From Callorhinchus milii (Eukaryota), in contig NW_024704743.1 of NCBI RefSeq assembly GCF_018977255.1, positions 57,042,001 through 57,106,000 of the forward strand: a stretch of DNA of 64,000 bases, read 5' to 3'. The notes beneath the pieces were generated by a model. It was not told the DNA's origin. It saw only the letters and a list, made by a program, of their open reading frames with translations, and searched no databases. Position numbers and translations under genes: made by a program. Positions 49,262-62,821 of the stretch are shown here, piece by piece; within the stretch, counting starts at the first letter, position 1; each line of letters begins with the position of its first letter.

Positions 49262-49578
49262 AGTCCTGTAGCTCAGTGGTTAGAGCACTCGCTTTGCAAG
49301 TGAGAGACCTGAGTTCAATTCCAGGCAGAGGGCAAAACCTTGGCCAAGTTTCCTTACTCCACACACCTAATAATCCCTCCAAAACCAAAAACAATAATAA
49401 ATTGGTCATTTTCAATCTACGACTGTTTGTGGGACATTGCTGTGCGCAATTGGCTGCCGCGTTCGCCCACAAATATACAGTCAATTCACTTTACAGTGTG
49501 TTCTGTGAAGCGCTTTGGGACATCCTCCCGACGTGAAAAGCGCTACATCAAATGCAAGGATTATTATTATTATTATTA
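49262..49578 (+). mobile_element. Young full-length tRNA-derived SINE inserted in an L2 tail
   Basis: Near-identical to the 15357 copy. Confidence 0.92.
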
Positions 49579-50594
49579 AGTTGTTATTATTGCTATAAAT
49601 AAAATTTTGTTGCTGTCGCTGTTGCATTTTTACAGCTCTTTCATACAGGATAGCGTCTCAGAGCGCTGCACAATAGCGGGGTTGGACACCAAGCAAGGGA
49701 GAAGGGGGAGTTCATTATAGATGTTGTAGAATGAAGCCTGTTTTCTGTAGTAGCTAGATAATGGTCTTTCAAGTTAATATTGAATTTAGGACTGTACTCC
49801 AAAATTCCACATAATCTTAAATTTTAAGACTTAAGCTTGAAAACATGAGAAATTTCAGTCTCCAGGACACAACAGCTCCCACCGCAGCCTTGACAAGAGA
49901 TCGGAGAAAATTCCTGACCAACAAAATATGTCACAAGTTGCATCTTGGAAACACTTCATCACGTGAGTTTGTTTTGATGATGCTGTCCCCACAAAGTAAC
50001 TGGGACAGATGGCAGGAGTATTGAACACTGTTTGAAACAGATCTCCTAACAACTGTCTGAGTAAATAAAGTCCCCTCGTTTCTCCCCTTTGCTGGCTTAC
50101 TATTTTAAACTGATACCAATCAGCGGAAATAATAACAGCTTAATAATAATGATAATAATCCTTGTATTTGATATAGCGCCTTATCACATCATTGAGATGT
50201 CTCAAAGAACTTCACAGAATATACTGTAAAGTGAATTGACTGTGTATTTTGTTGGCGAAAAATAATTTCTCCCTATCTACACCATCAAAATCCCTCATAA
50301 TCAACCTACGCCAAATACACACTGAAATTAGGAAAGCAAGGTGTTTCCCTCCAGGGACAGAGTGGCCATTCAATTTCAGACGCAGGGAAATTTCGATGTG
50401 TAGGTGGCATATGTGTGTGGAACTCTCAATCTGGTTAGGATACCCTTAAGCATGGTGATAACCTCCCATGTGTGTCAGACATCCAACTGAGATTTTTTTA
50501 AAAAAGACTTAACATTTTCTGTTCCGATAAAATAGGCCCAGTTTTTTTGATTGTAAGCCATATTATGATTGGAGTATTGTAAAACAATGATCAC

Positions 50595-50687
50595 CATAAA
50601 GAGCTTGGCCATCTTCCTGTGGGTCATGTCTGCGACAGTGTCATCATCGTCGTCACCTTCAGACAATTCTGGTTTCTTGCCAAGGAC
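50595..50687 (-). CDS. SCIN: Scinderin exon 5 (93 bp)
   Basis: ctcaag|[31 protein letters not shown]|gtgatc. Confidence 0.93.
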
Positions 50688-51456
50688 CTTGAGGAGAGAA
50701 AGAAGAAGAATTATTACCCTGCTACTTACTTCTAAAATCCCAGCAGCCTGTGTAAAATATCCACATACCCACAAGGTACCTTTCCTCAGAAATCTTACTT
50801 TGTCCTGTTTTGGGATCTATCATTCGCAGAAGCTGAGAATAGCAATCTTTTAGTTGTGTTTTTAACTTACAATTTTGCTTAAAGTTGGGACACAATTCAA
50901 ATGCAAAACAACAACGACTTGAATTTATATCGCACCCTTCACAACAACAACTTTAATAGGGGAGTTTTCTTTGCTGTTGTTCTGGGCCAGATTAAATCTG
51001 CCCAAACACACTTCACTCAATAGCCTTTGAGCCAGCAGTGAAAGAGAATCATCTGATCAACCCGGTTTGGGATATGACTCTAGGAACTAAAGATCTAGGC
51101 AGTAACCTGATCTCATGGAAATTGGCAAATTCGAATCATATTCATCCAAATTTGTGTATAACCCTTTATAAAATCTTCTAAAAAGTGAATGAAAGGTAAA
51201 GCATCAGTCTAATATGAATCAGAAAGTATTCCTATATTATTTTGCTAGTGGGATTTGATGAAATGAAACCAAGTATAAGTGCTTGTGGTTTTCTGAAAAT
51301 CACAAGACAGGTTTGTATGAGGAAGGCCCTTTGGCCCATTTGATCACATCCTCTGCAATAACCACTCTCCCGTTACAACATCAAGATATTTCTTAAACAA
51401 GTCCAGCATCCTTGCCTCAACCTCACTTTCTGGTAACCGCAGGAGGGGAAAATCAC

Positions 51457-51600
51457 TGTCAGCTCTTCCTATCATTATGAAGCAGAATTCAACAAGTGTT
51501 GGATGGTTCACCTACTAAAAGGGAACATGGAATGGATTTCGATCAGGTTAGTTTTACCTGATTGATGATGTATTGTTGTATTAGGAATCGTGTTTCAGTT
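51457..51600 (+). pseudogene. Decayed 28S rRNA fragment (domain V/VI region just 5' of the sarcin-ricin loop)
   Basis: TGTCAGCTCTTCCTATCATTATGAAGCAGAATTCAACAAGTGTTGGATGGTTCACCTACTAAAAGGGAAC...CAGGTTAGTTTTACC..TGATGATGT parallels recalled eukaryotic 28S TGTCGGCTCTTCCTATCATTGTGAAGCAGAATTCACCAAGCGTTGGATTGTTCACCCACTAATAGGGAAC...CAGGTTAGTTTTACCCTACTGATGATGT. Confidence 0.85.
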
Positions 51601-51650
51601 TGAATTAGAGACCCCTCTCTGTACAGTAATTTAAAACATCCATGCCTAAC

Positions 51651-51813
51651 TTCAGTCCACAACTGTTTGTGGGACATTGCTGTGTGCAATTGGCTGCCGC
51701 ATTGCGTCCACAAAATGTAGTCAATTCACTTTACAGTATGTTCTGTGAAGCACTTTGAGGTGTCTCAAAGACGTAATAAAGCACTATACCAAATGCAAGG
51801 GAGGATTATTATT
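51651..51813 (+). mobile_element. SINE 3' half (Deu end plus tail)
   Basis: Matches about 15510-15670. Confidence 0.8.
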
Positions 51814-52959
51814 AAATTTGTCATGTTCCACAGGTCAACAATCCAATGTATCTTCAGACCCAGGTGGCTGGGAGAGGGGGGAAGCAGTGAGGGTTATATT
51901 TGTCGTCAGGTTTATTTATTGACCAGCTCCAATGGAATTCTCAACAATATTATCATTATCATCAGTGATATTTATCGCATCACACTTCACAAATTTTCAC
52001 CCTAATATTGGGAAATTCTACTTGAGCTCAGTGTCAATTGAATGAACTTTAATGCCATATCTCCCATTTTGTAAATTAGTACAATTGCCATCTTCTTAAA
52101 ATGGCCCTTTGTATATCTCCAAACTTATGTTAAATGTTGCTACACATGAATATATGATGTATTTTAACCTGAGGGAAGAATGCTGAACAAAGTACAAAAT
52201 GCATTCAAATAAAACCAAAGTGGTCATTAATAATTAACTTGTCATTTCAAAAACCCTGAGCGTGGAAATAAACTGCTTCATGGAAAATTGCATTTGTTTC
52301 TATATCTCATTAGGGAAATTAAGGAAAATTATGATTCAACAGAAGAAAGGGTAGTTTGAGATTGAGAATATGTACTGAATGGAAATGTGTTTGAGGCATT
52401 CAGAATATCTTGGATTTTGATAGGCCGCTCAATAAATCCATCGATACAGTGTTCTCAGGCAGTCAGGATAGCTGAGCTGTACACCTTAGGGTATAAAGTC
52501 TAAGTTGAGAGAGGCTTTGTCAAGAATTGGCTTTGTTCCAAACCCCATCTGAAATGTTGTGTGCTGCTTTGGTATTCCTTTTTCAAAAGGGGATATTCAG
52601 TTGTTATAGAGAATACGGTAGAGCTACTAGATTAATCCCAGGATTTAAGGGATAGAGTTATGAGGAAATGTTGGTGGCACCGGGACATTTCTCTTGAGCC
52701 ATTCTCATAAGTTCTGCATCTATCGATGTGTATCAAATTATCTACAGTGGCCATGGAGCCTCCTTTAGCGACATTGACTCTGTGCCTTGTGGATGGCGAC
52801 AGTTCAATGCCAGTTTGTAGAACACCAGTTTAACTCAACTGTTGAGCCAGTCAGCAAATTGATGCCATTAGCTACAGTACAATGAGCATTAGCTATTAAC
52901 ACATGACTGCACAGAGTCCTTGTTTTACTGACATGGAATAATACTGATTACTTTGCTAC

Positions 52960-53355
52960 TAATAATCGTTGCATTGTATATAGAACCTACTAGGATTTAC
53001 TGTTCATTGCAATGATTGTGTATTATGTAGATGAATGTTGCAGCCAATTTGCGCACAGCAATATCCCACACACAACCATAAAGTGAATGACCATTTTTTT
53101 TATTTTTGAGGGATTATTGTCCAAGACACTGGGAGAAAGCCCCTTCTCTTCAAATAGTACAATGGGATCTTTAACGTTCACCTGAACAGGCAGACAGGAC
53201 CTCGGTTTAATGTCCCATCCGAAGGACAGCATCTCCGAGAATGCAACACAACCATAGCATTGCATTTGATTGTCAGCTTAGGCTATATGACTTCACTTGA
53301 ACCCACATCTTCTAACTCAAAGGCAAGAGTGTCACCACTAAACCAGGCTGACACA
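52960..53355 (-). mobile_element. Old Deu-domain SINE, near full length
   Basis: Reverse complement of the Deu core and tRNA-like head. Confidence 0.8.
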
Positions 53356-56226
53356 CTAATATTTAAAATGAGGAAACAGATTTGGGAGTAATTCAATTCA
53401 ATGCAATACAAATTTACATTTATGTATCACCTTTCATGTCAGGAGGGCGTCCCAAAAATTTCAACTGGGTTTATTATTTCCTCTATTTACATAACATTTT
53501 CAAGCATCCATAATTTGTTAAATCTTGGAACACAACATTAATTTTGAAACCTGATTTCTGTAAGTTCTTTTAAGAATTTAAAAAAACTCTACTTCAAAGT
53601 TAAGACTGAACTGAACAATTTTATGAATTGTAGGCACTCAAAATTGTTATGTTAATAGACTAAATATAGACCTAGGTAAAATTTCTCCCAAAGGATGAGT
53701 ATAGTAATACAGCAATTTTGACCCCAAAAAACTGCAGGAAAACAGCAGCCAGCTTCCTGCATTTTGCCCTGGCAATTAAAGTGAACACATGACAATCTAC
53801 AGTAACTACTACTATTTGATGTCGTTTCAATGTATGGGAGCCAGCTGCTGTTGTAGTTGGCAATAAATTTGAAACAGTTAACAGGTGGTATGACATTTCT
53901 GTCATACAGTATGTCTTTATCTCAACTTAAATCACACAAGTATCCACCCAGAATAAGTTGGTGCAAACATTACTTTTTATGATAGCATAATTGTGTTTTC
54001 ATACTTATATTTTATGTAATAGCAACAGAACCTTAACACAACAACACATTGCAATAGTATAGTGCCTTTCACATCAGGAGGACATCCAGGTTGCAGGACT
54101 GTCAAAGATTTGCACAGGAACTGATGGTTGGAATCAAGCGGGGAAGGCATGGTCAAGGAGGAACGTCTTGAGATGAGCCTTGAAAGAGGAAGGGAGGGGG
54201 TGAGGTGAAGGGAGTTCCGGAAGGTGGGGGCAGAGTAGGGCAAGATGACATGGAGGCCAGTGTCCAGTGCCCGCTGAGCAGAAGGAACGGGAAGGTTCCA
54301 GAGATACTTAGTCAAAAGATCGATCCCTTCCCTCATCTCTCATCTCCATCTTTTCCCAAAGGAAGTCCACCACCCCATCCTTACCCCTCTCCTTATGCCC
54401 CCAGCTCCACCTCCTTGCCCCCAATGTGGTTGAAGCTAGGATGGTGGCTGTGATGGAAAGATGGTAGGATGGATATTTTGGAGGGATGAGATCAAATGCG
54501 CCAAAGGGTTGCATTCAACCAATCATGTAACCTTATGAACCCATTCAAACAAGAACCAGATAAGCAATAGAGCATTTTTAACCATATCTGCTCTAGGGTG
54601 CTCTTCATAAAGCTACAGGTCAAAATTTAAAATCATACATCCTTTCCTTTTTTTCCCATGACAAATCAAGTATTGTTTCGGCTATGTATCATTATTAATA
54701 ATTAAACCAGACTATTTAGCATCTGATCAGATGTTCTTTTGGAAGTTATGATTAAGAACTGATTATAATAGTGTGGACATTCACACATCATATTTATTTA
54801 AGAACATACTGTTTCAATCTTGCCTGTTCTGCCTATCTTATTTGAACAGAGAACTTATAGATACTTGCTCTCTCTTTCAGCATCAAATGCAAACCACAAC
54901 AAGCCCAGCCCTACCTCCGTTGATGAGGCTTCCAATTGCATTGCAGGATTAATTTCACAAGAAATTATATGTGATTTCCTTTTCAACCTTGCATTGTAAA
55001 TGTTCCATCTTAGTTTTAACACTTCATTCGTATACTTATCTTATCTTTGGGTGTGCATTTAGCTTCATTTTTCATTGAGGTCCAGTTAGATTATATTGAC
55101 AGCATATTGTCCATTGAGTTTATTTTATGCTTTCTTCACTAACACAGACATAATAGGCTGAATGACTGGCTTCCTTCTGTGTTGTCTATTTTAATAGGAT
55201 CAAAATTGTGATGTTTTAAACACATTCATGGTAAGAAATTCTATCTGGGTCCGGTTTAACTTTATTTTGTAGCAATTCAGAATTCGGCAAATTCTTAAAT
55301 ACAGCATGCTCTGCAGCCTGTTTTCAATAAGTTCATTTAAGAAATTAACACCTGCTTTAGCTGCTTTGTTTCAGGCTGTGTTGCACAATGCACAAAATAG
55401 AAGCTCAACAGAAAACAATGCAACATTGCATAAAATAATTAAATATATGTGTGTGTGTGTGTGTGGATCTACAACTCAACCAAGTGAGAAGCTCCAATAA
55501 CTTGCTAGTTGCTTTAGTTTATTTAAAAGCAATTAAATGATTTATTTAATTGACATTAAGCAATATATGCAAGTTCACAATAAATGCAAGTTGTAAATAC
55601 AAGTTGTTGTAACAATATGAAAATGGTCCCTTAAAAGTTTTTGCATGAGCTGTCAAGTGATTATATGAGCAGATTATAGAACATGTGTGAAAAAAAGAAG
55701 GTTCTTCTGCCCCTCTGATCTCATCCTTCCAGAATACCTATCCTACCAACGTCCCAACCTGATATCTGTTTGAAATTGCCCTCCATAACCCTAAACTTGT
55801 CAAATCAGAATCAGACACCAAACCAAATAGCACATTGCTGTAACTCGATGTCGTGCTGAAACCAGCTTTTCCGTTTCAGCAATTAGGCTCCAGCTTTAAG
55901 ATCACATGCCTTAAAAACTAATTGACACCAGGTTGAAATTTGTGACATTTGTTATGAAATTTCATAATAGATTCATGTTAGTTGATATGTACTGACTGGC
56001 TCAAGCGCTTTGGGACGTCCTCCCGATGTGAAAGACACTAGACAAATGTAATTTGTTGTTGTTGAACACCCATATACTATTGGCACAAATGTTAGGTCCA
56101 TGGGAACCTTAGAAAAGTGCCACAGTCTGAGCTGGTGGGATTAGGGCCTGAGTTTAACAGGTCGATTATAATAAATTTGTGGCATTGCCAGGAACCGTCT
56201 GTGTTTCTCACCAACATAACACTTAC

Positions 56227-56376
56227 TTTGATGATACTTGTGGACTCTTGGCCTTCCTCTTCAACAATGAGTTGTGCTCTTCCTTTTCTTTCATTGTCTC
56301 GAATTCCTGCAGCAACTTGGGCAGCCCGGAGACGCTCGTACTTGTTGCACTTTGACCCACACCACTGATAGATTAC
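56227..56376 (-). CDS. SCIN: Scinderin exon 4 (150 bp); exons 1-3 lie beyond the window
   Basis: ccacag|[50 protein letters not shown]|gtaagt. The 13 exons total 1674 nt = 557 aa plus stop. Confidence 0.95.
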
Positions 56377-57944
56377 CTGTGGAGAGAATGTAAGAATGTA
56401 AGGTTCAAGTCTTTCCACTGCTGTTCATTTGGCAACACTGCACAAACCTAAGACTGATATAACTTTTCTCAGTTTTATTATAACTATCAACAATAGTTTT
56501 TTAATTTTTTTCAAAATTTATGTGATATCTTTAATTTTAAGATTGTGATCTTAATGCTAAGAATGCAAGACATTTTGGGCATCAAGAATACAACAATTGA
56601 AGTTTTATTAGTTTCAACATCACTCAGCTAGCATCGGGAAAAAGAAAACTTGGTTTCCAATTCATGACTACTATCCATTGCCTCCTGCCTCAAGATTTCA
56701 AGCTCCTCATTCACACCCTATGACCTCCCTCCTTATCTACTGGATCTTTTCGAGCCACACTCTTCTGATGCATTAAGCCAGAGAACATAAGTCAGTGATT
56801 TCAAGAGAGGAGTGGCGAAGATTAAACCACAATAGTTATCAGCGTAACTCAGTTTGGGCAGACCTGAGTCAGAAGATTGGTGGGTTCAAGCCCCACTATG
56901 GGACTTTGAACTAACACAGGCTAAGCTGACACTCCAGTGCAGTGCTGGGAGGATGTTGCACTGTTGCACTGTTGGAAGTGCCTTCCTTTGGATGAGATAC
57001 AGTATACGTATTGGGCTGCAGTCCTATTTTGCAGCCACTAATAATCATTCTGCCATTACAAATTCCAGATTAAGTGCCACACTTCACGCCATAATTTTAT
57101 GCCCTGTTGTGTTAGATCAAAACGTGATGTTTTGTATGCTCAAAGCCCCCACAATCCACATCCCCACCTGCACCAAACTCTGCATATCTATCACCTTCAG
57201 TTGAAAATATTAGAACTCAAATGAACATAGCAAATACCGGCTACAAATTCAATCCATATTCAACTGATAGTGTAGTAATAAGACTTGAGAATGAATTCTG
57301 TAGAATCTATAGCATGGAAACAGGCCATTCGGTCAAAAAGTTTGTGCTAGTGTCCAACTCCACTTGAACCTCCATCCATTCCTCCACTCATCAAGATGTG
57401 TCTCTTTCGGTCATCTTTACTCTCCCGATTCCCTTGGGCTCCCACCCCAAGCTAGACTGCCCAGTCAACAGTGTCAAGCGCTTTGAGACATCCGCCAATA
57501 TGAAAGATGCTATATAAGTGTATCGTATCCTAACCTGCCTTTCTTATTTTCCACCCCTCCCCATTAATTCCCTTCTCTCTCATGTATCAATGAGAAATTT
57601 ATGCAAATACAATTAGCACTAGCTCACAATAAAACTATAATCCTATCTCTGATTGAAGATTACTGGCACTTGGCTGCCAAATAGGTTTTATCTCATCCAG
57701 TGGGAACATTCACTTCACTGTAACGTAAAAATCCTTAGCTCCCAAGAGTTATATTATAAGGAGGGTCAAGTGTAACAGAAATTCCTTCCATCACATTTTG
57801 AAGTTTTTTTGTTTCTAATTGTTTTTCAATGTAACTGAGGTAACAAAATAAGTTATCGGTAATTTTAAGAATGTTTTTTTAGTTGTGTTGTGTATCTAAT
57901 AGGGGATTACTGAGAAATCCCCTGAGAAATGGAACTTTGTCCAA

Positions 57945-58340
57945 TGTTGGATGAGCTTCCAGCATTCCCAGGTCAGCTACTGTTCAATTGGATGCAGTGT
58001 AAAGCTCCTTCCACTCTTCCCAATCGTGTGACTAAGCCCCAATCGTGTGGCTGAGCTCCAATTGTAGAGACGTAGGCCTGCCACATCAGTGAGACATGTC
58101 CGCTTCTCCTGTCAGACAGTCTCGCTGAATACAGTTGCCAAGTTAGTGCTAAACTGAAGCAATTTGTGTTGTGAACCCACAACTACTAGGAATTGAGTTA
58201 AAAGTAAACATATTTCACAAAGGACTCTTACAGTGGACAGAGGAAACTTGCATTCCATGAGTCTGGGCTGGATACCAATCCAAGTCCCAGATATAAACAA
58301 ACAGCATGTTAACTCACCAAACCACTTGGTCCCCTCCACT
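57945..58340 (-). mobile_element. LF-SINE-like ancient SINE
   Basis: Minus strand has collinear blocks ATCCAGCCCAG, CCTTTGTGAAAT, CAATTCCTAGT, GTTCACAACACAAA and TAGCACTAACTTGGCA resembling the recalled LF-SINE consensus. Confidence 0.55.
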
Positions 58341-58574
58341 AGTATTTTTAAGTCCTGAATGAATAGGAACTCGGAACATTTCAATGAATGTGAATCCAAT
58401 AACTAATTAAAATTAATAAATACATCCTAGATCACACTATAAAGTGAAATTAGCTATGCATTGTAAACTGTCCCTTGTGATAATTGGCACAAAGAACAAA
58501 TTATGAAACACCACAATATATATAACGCTCTTCCTCTCAAGAGTATTTTCAAAATCAACTTGAATGAAGTGTTT

Positions 58575-58664
58575 GATTTCCTATGTTTAAGTAGCTATAA
58601 CTGTACTATTATTCTTAATAATTATTATAATAATATAGTTATAGCTACTTAAACATAGGAAATC
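58575..58664. repeat. Perfect 28-bp inverted repeat (90-nt hairpin)
   Basis: GATTTCCTATGTTTAAGTAGCTATAACT (58575-58602) is the exact reverse complement of 58637-58664. Confidence 0.95.
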
Positions 58665-59779
58665 CAGCTACAACTAACAATAACTGACAATGAGACTTGA
58701 GAATGACTTCCATACAATAATGCAATTAGTATTATTACTTTTAAAACCCTGGGCAATAGAATTCTTAAAGGAGTGAAGGAAAAAAGGATTTGGTGTTACA
58801 AATACAGAGTTCTGTATCTGCGAGATGGTGGACCCACCAGAGATTGAATGAAAGCACACAGAGGCAGATGTGGTATGCAGATCACTTTGTTTATTAACAC
58901 TGGGGAAAAGCTATGATCCTGTAGTTAAATAGGATCTATATTGTTACATTTACAAACCTGAAGTTATTGCTCTAAGCTGAACATCTGGTTTGCACTAAAA
59001 CTGCAGAAGTCACTAAAAACAAGAACAAGAAAGGCTGTTCTACAGTTGGCATTTGTCCTAAATCCTATAGTCAACCCTTTCCCCCCACTTCTCAGTTGAA
59101 AATAGTCCCAAAAACAAAAGGCCAGCAAATCTGCAAAATTTGAGAATTTGCAAATGCTGTGATTCAGATCACTGTATATTTTCAAACACATAACTAAAGA
59201 GGCTAATTCTGTAGAAAATCTGCCTGAGCTATATTCAAACTGGCTCACAAGATTTTGCCATTTTAGATAATTTTCGGCTGTCAAATTTTTCACTTCGATT
59301 AAAAGCACCATTCAGAGATGAATATCTGCAGAGTACAAGTGCAACATTGTGCTGGGTCGAAAAGAGCTTTCTATTTCCTGCACTCAGAAGGGTGGTGTGT
59401 AAACCTATTTATTTCTCACAAAGTGCCATTTCAGGGCAGTTTCCTTTTACTTTCTGCTTGCAGAGTAATGAAAACAAAATAAAATATCTCACACAGCTCT
59501 TCAGACCACAGAGGGCTGCAGTCATTGAAGACACTATGAAAGTAGCGTTTATTCACAGGTTCCAGTTTATATTCAAAACAAGAATGAGTTACTTTTAATG
59601 TGTTAACTTTGTTCGTCCAAAGAATTTTAAACTTTGTGGTCCCTAAATAGACCGACTTCACCAACTAATGGGATGCATTACCTCAAAGAAGGTCCAGGGA
59701 AATGTATTGTGGTTTAATTTGTGTAACATGTGAACAATGATGTTCCATCTGCTTGACTGCAGACATCAAGGCCGCAATG

Positions 59780-60310
59780 AGCATCAAGTTTTCTTAACAA
59801 AATAGAAGCCATCCTCCTCAGCTCCCGTCAATGCCTCCTCACCTCTGGCTCTGGATTCCTCAAACTCTCCAGCCTCTCTCTCAAACTCACTGAACCAGTG
59901 CACAACCACGCCATCCAGTCTAATCCTCAGCTCTCCTTCCTTCCACATATTTGATCACTGACCAAGACAGCTTTTCTTCACCTCTGTCACACTGCCCACC
60001 TCCGGTCTTACCTCACACCTTATGCTGCCAAAACATTCAAAACACTTTTGTCACTTCCTACCTTGATTTCTCAAATGCACCCTTCATTGGTCTCCCCAGT
60101 TCCACCATCTATATGGTCCAGCAAACCCCAAATTTCGTTGCTTACATCCTCACCCATACCAAACTCAGCACAACCAACATCCCAATCCTCGCCAAGTTCC
60201 ACTGGCTCTGTATCTCCAAAAGGATAAACTTCAAAGTCCTAACCCTAACATTTATGTATGTATATATACCTTCAAGCCCTCGTACCTCCCTCTCTGATCT
60301 GCTTGTCCCT
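59780..60310 (+). mobile_element. Old L2 fragment
   Basis: TFVTSYLDFSNA and PILAKFHWLCISKRINFKVL motifs. Confidence 0.75.
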
Positions 60311-60399
60311 TCGCTCTGTTAACACAGGCCTACTACATGTGCTCCATCCTCTGCATATTTCTGCCTTGCCGATCAATGAACTTTTTTACTAAGGATGTA

Positions 60400-60830
60400 T
60401 GAGTCTGGCTCAGTTGGGTGCACTCTGGCCTCTGAGTCAGTAGATTGTGGTTTCAAGCCCCATCTTGGGACTTTGAACTTATGTAGTTTAGGCTAACACT
60501 CCAATGTATTGCTGATGGTGTGATGTATTGTCGGATGTGCAATCCTTTGGATGAGACTTTAAACTGAGGTTCCATCTGCATGTTCAGGTAGACATTGAAC
60601 ATCTCATTCGAAGAAAGAAGAGTTTCTTCCAATGTCCTGTCCAACAATCCCTGAAATAAAGTTGGTCATTCACTTCATGGGTGTTTGTGGTCAATTCTGC
60701 ATGCAAATTGACTGCTGTGCTCACCTACAAAGTATATATTGGCTATATTTTACAGTATATTCTGTGAAGTGCTTTGAGATGTCTTCCTGACTTGAAAGGT
60801 TCAATATCAAATGTAAGGATTTTAAATTTT
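60400..60830 (+). mobile_element. Old full-length Deu-domain SINE (about 430 bp)
   Basis: tRNA-like head TGGCTCAGTTGG, complete Deu core, and tail GTGCTTTGAGATGTC..GAAAGG..ATCAAATGTAAGGATT. Confidence 0.8.
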
Positions 60831-61884
60831 ATTTTTATTATAGATTTTCAGTCTCAGAAAAATAGTGTTTCAATCTTTTTTATTATTTTCTCCAGTCTGT
60901 TATAGATTCCTCTACACCATTTCTCAGATATGTTGAAACTGTCAATGTATAAATGACTGTGGTCTGATGTCAGAGAGTGACTGGAGCTGAATTACCTTAC
61001 TGTTTTCCCTTGTTGCCTGTTGGAAACAAATTGACTTTTGTTTCCTGGTTCTCCCACACAGCCTGGTTGATCACTGTGCTGCCAAGGATAGTGATTTTGC
61101 TGTATTTCAGCACACACTCTAGAGGGTGGGGGTGAGGTGGTCACACCCATGGACAATCAATAATTCCAGAATAACCTCAGGTGACAGTATTTTCCATGGT
61201 GAGATAACTATAGGAACTATTATAAATCACTTCATAGAATATGGATTTACTTTTTAGATAGAATTCAGACCCCAAAATATCCAAAATGTGCAGACATACT
61301 CCATTGCATGCACCAAATTCATGGGATGGTTAAATTGGTTGACTTCTGGCATTGTATCATAAATAGGGATTATTTAATTTAATCTGTTATGAAACATTTA
61401 ATTGTGAATTCCCGAAAACTTGCAAAATTCAGTCCAATGAGCAAAACAGTCCGTTGCGCAGAATTTAACTCAGTGTATGTGAGTGTGTGTGTGTGTGTGT
61501 ATGAGGGGAGTATTGTGGTTTTCCCATTCATTTAGTGAATTTGTCGATGTGGACTCTCGGTTATTTTCTGTTCTCAAACTTTTGAGAATTTGATTATTTG
61601 CATTAATAGAACTGTAATGCAATTTAAGTATGATTTGAATTTATGTTATATCATTATTGCATTACAGTTATGGAAATGTGTGAGGAATAATACATGCCAG
61701 TGCAGGATCACATGGAAGGGCTAGAGTTAGAAGATGGCAGATACAGTCTGATCTTCTGAAATGTGAAGTATTATATTTTGGGGTAAACACCAAAGAGAGG
61801 AAGAATGCTGTAATATAGGCTTGTATGGTGTGAAGGAACAGAGAGAGCACATTCATAAATGTTTAATGTTGTGAGTGCATTTCA

Positions 61885-62675
61885 TAAAGACTATAAAAGA
61901 CAAATAGGTTTCTAGGGTTTATAAATTATAGCGTTGGGTACAAAAACAAGGATGTGTGCTACATTTATACAAGGTGTTGATTTGGTTAAAGTTGGAAGAC
62001 CGTGTACAGCTCTGGATACCCATTATAGAAAAAGGATATTAGAGCCACGGGAAGGATAGAATATTGGTTTACAAGAGAGGTGCTAGGGACGAGCAGTAAT
62101 GTATTTTTTTATAGGTCAGCCAAACTACTGACATACATGGAATCCTATTGCCAGGCACAAATCTATTCTATTGAGTGTATTGAGTGTTCCACTGGGGATA
62201 TGAGAACTAGCTGAATTTTCTTTCCCCGCTGGATCAGAAAAAAATAAGAGATCTTACAACTTACATCTACAATTTACATTGATATAGTACCTTTCACCTC
62301 AGGGACACATCTCAATATACTCCAGGTCTTCAAAATTCTGACTCGGTAGAAGTGAAAGATTATTCCTGTTGATTGGTAATAGGGATGGGAACATAAAGTT
62401 CATAAGATCATGATCTTCACTGGAAGAGTTGATGGGTAATAAGGAGAAATTTTATGTAGAAGGTTGTTGGAACAGAAAATGTTTCATCACAAGTGACTAG
62501 AGAGAATATAACATGACAGTGGATTTAATAAGTACTTTAAAATAGAATTTGATAAACATTTGAAACAGACAAATATAAAAGGCTAAATGGAAACTGAAAA
62601 TCCAATGGAGGAGCTAGGACTCGTAGACTCAATGGGCCAAATGGCCTTTTGTCTACAATTTCTATGATTTTCAAG
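61885..62675 (+). mobile_element. CR1 LINE 3' region, heavily decayed and interrupted
   Basis: YKNK / LYK / VQLW-P-Y remnants of CR1 ORF2 and a 3'UTR ATGGGCCAAATGGCCT motif. Confidence 0.6.
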
Positions 62676-62821
62676 TGTGCAGGTGCAAAAATCATTAACT
62701 TCAGCAAATGGAGCAAAGCAGCTCAGAATTTTATTTGAGCAAATAATAATATAATAATAATCCTTGCATTTGATGCAGCGCCTTATCACTTCATTGAGAC
62801 ACCTCAAAGCGCTTCACTGAA

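Noticed and set aside
18308..56376. Assignment as gelsolin or villin
   Set aside because: No villin headpiece. Diagnostic segments (CNKYERL, ERKGR, YTYxx[16 protein letters not shown]) and the ARL4A neighbourhood match scinderin.
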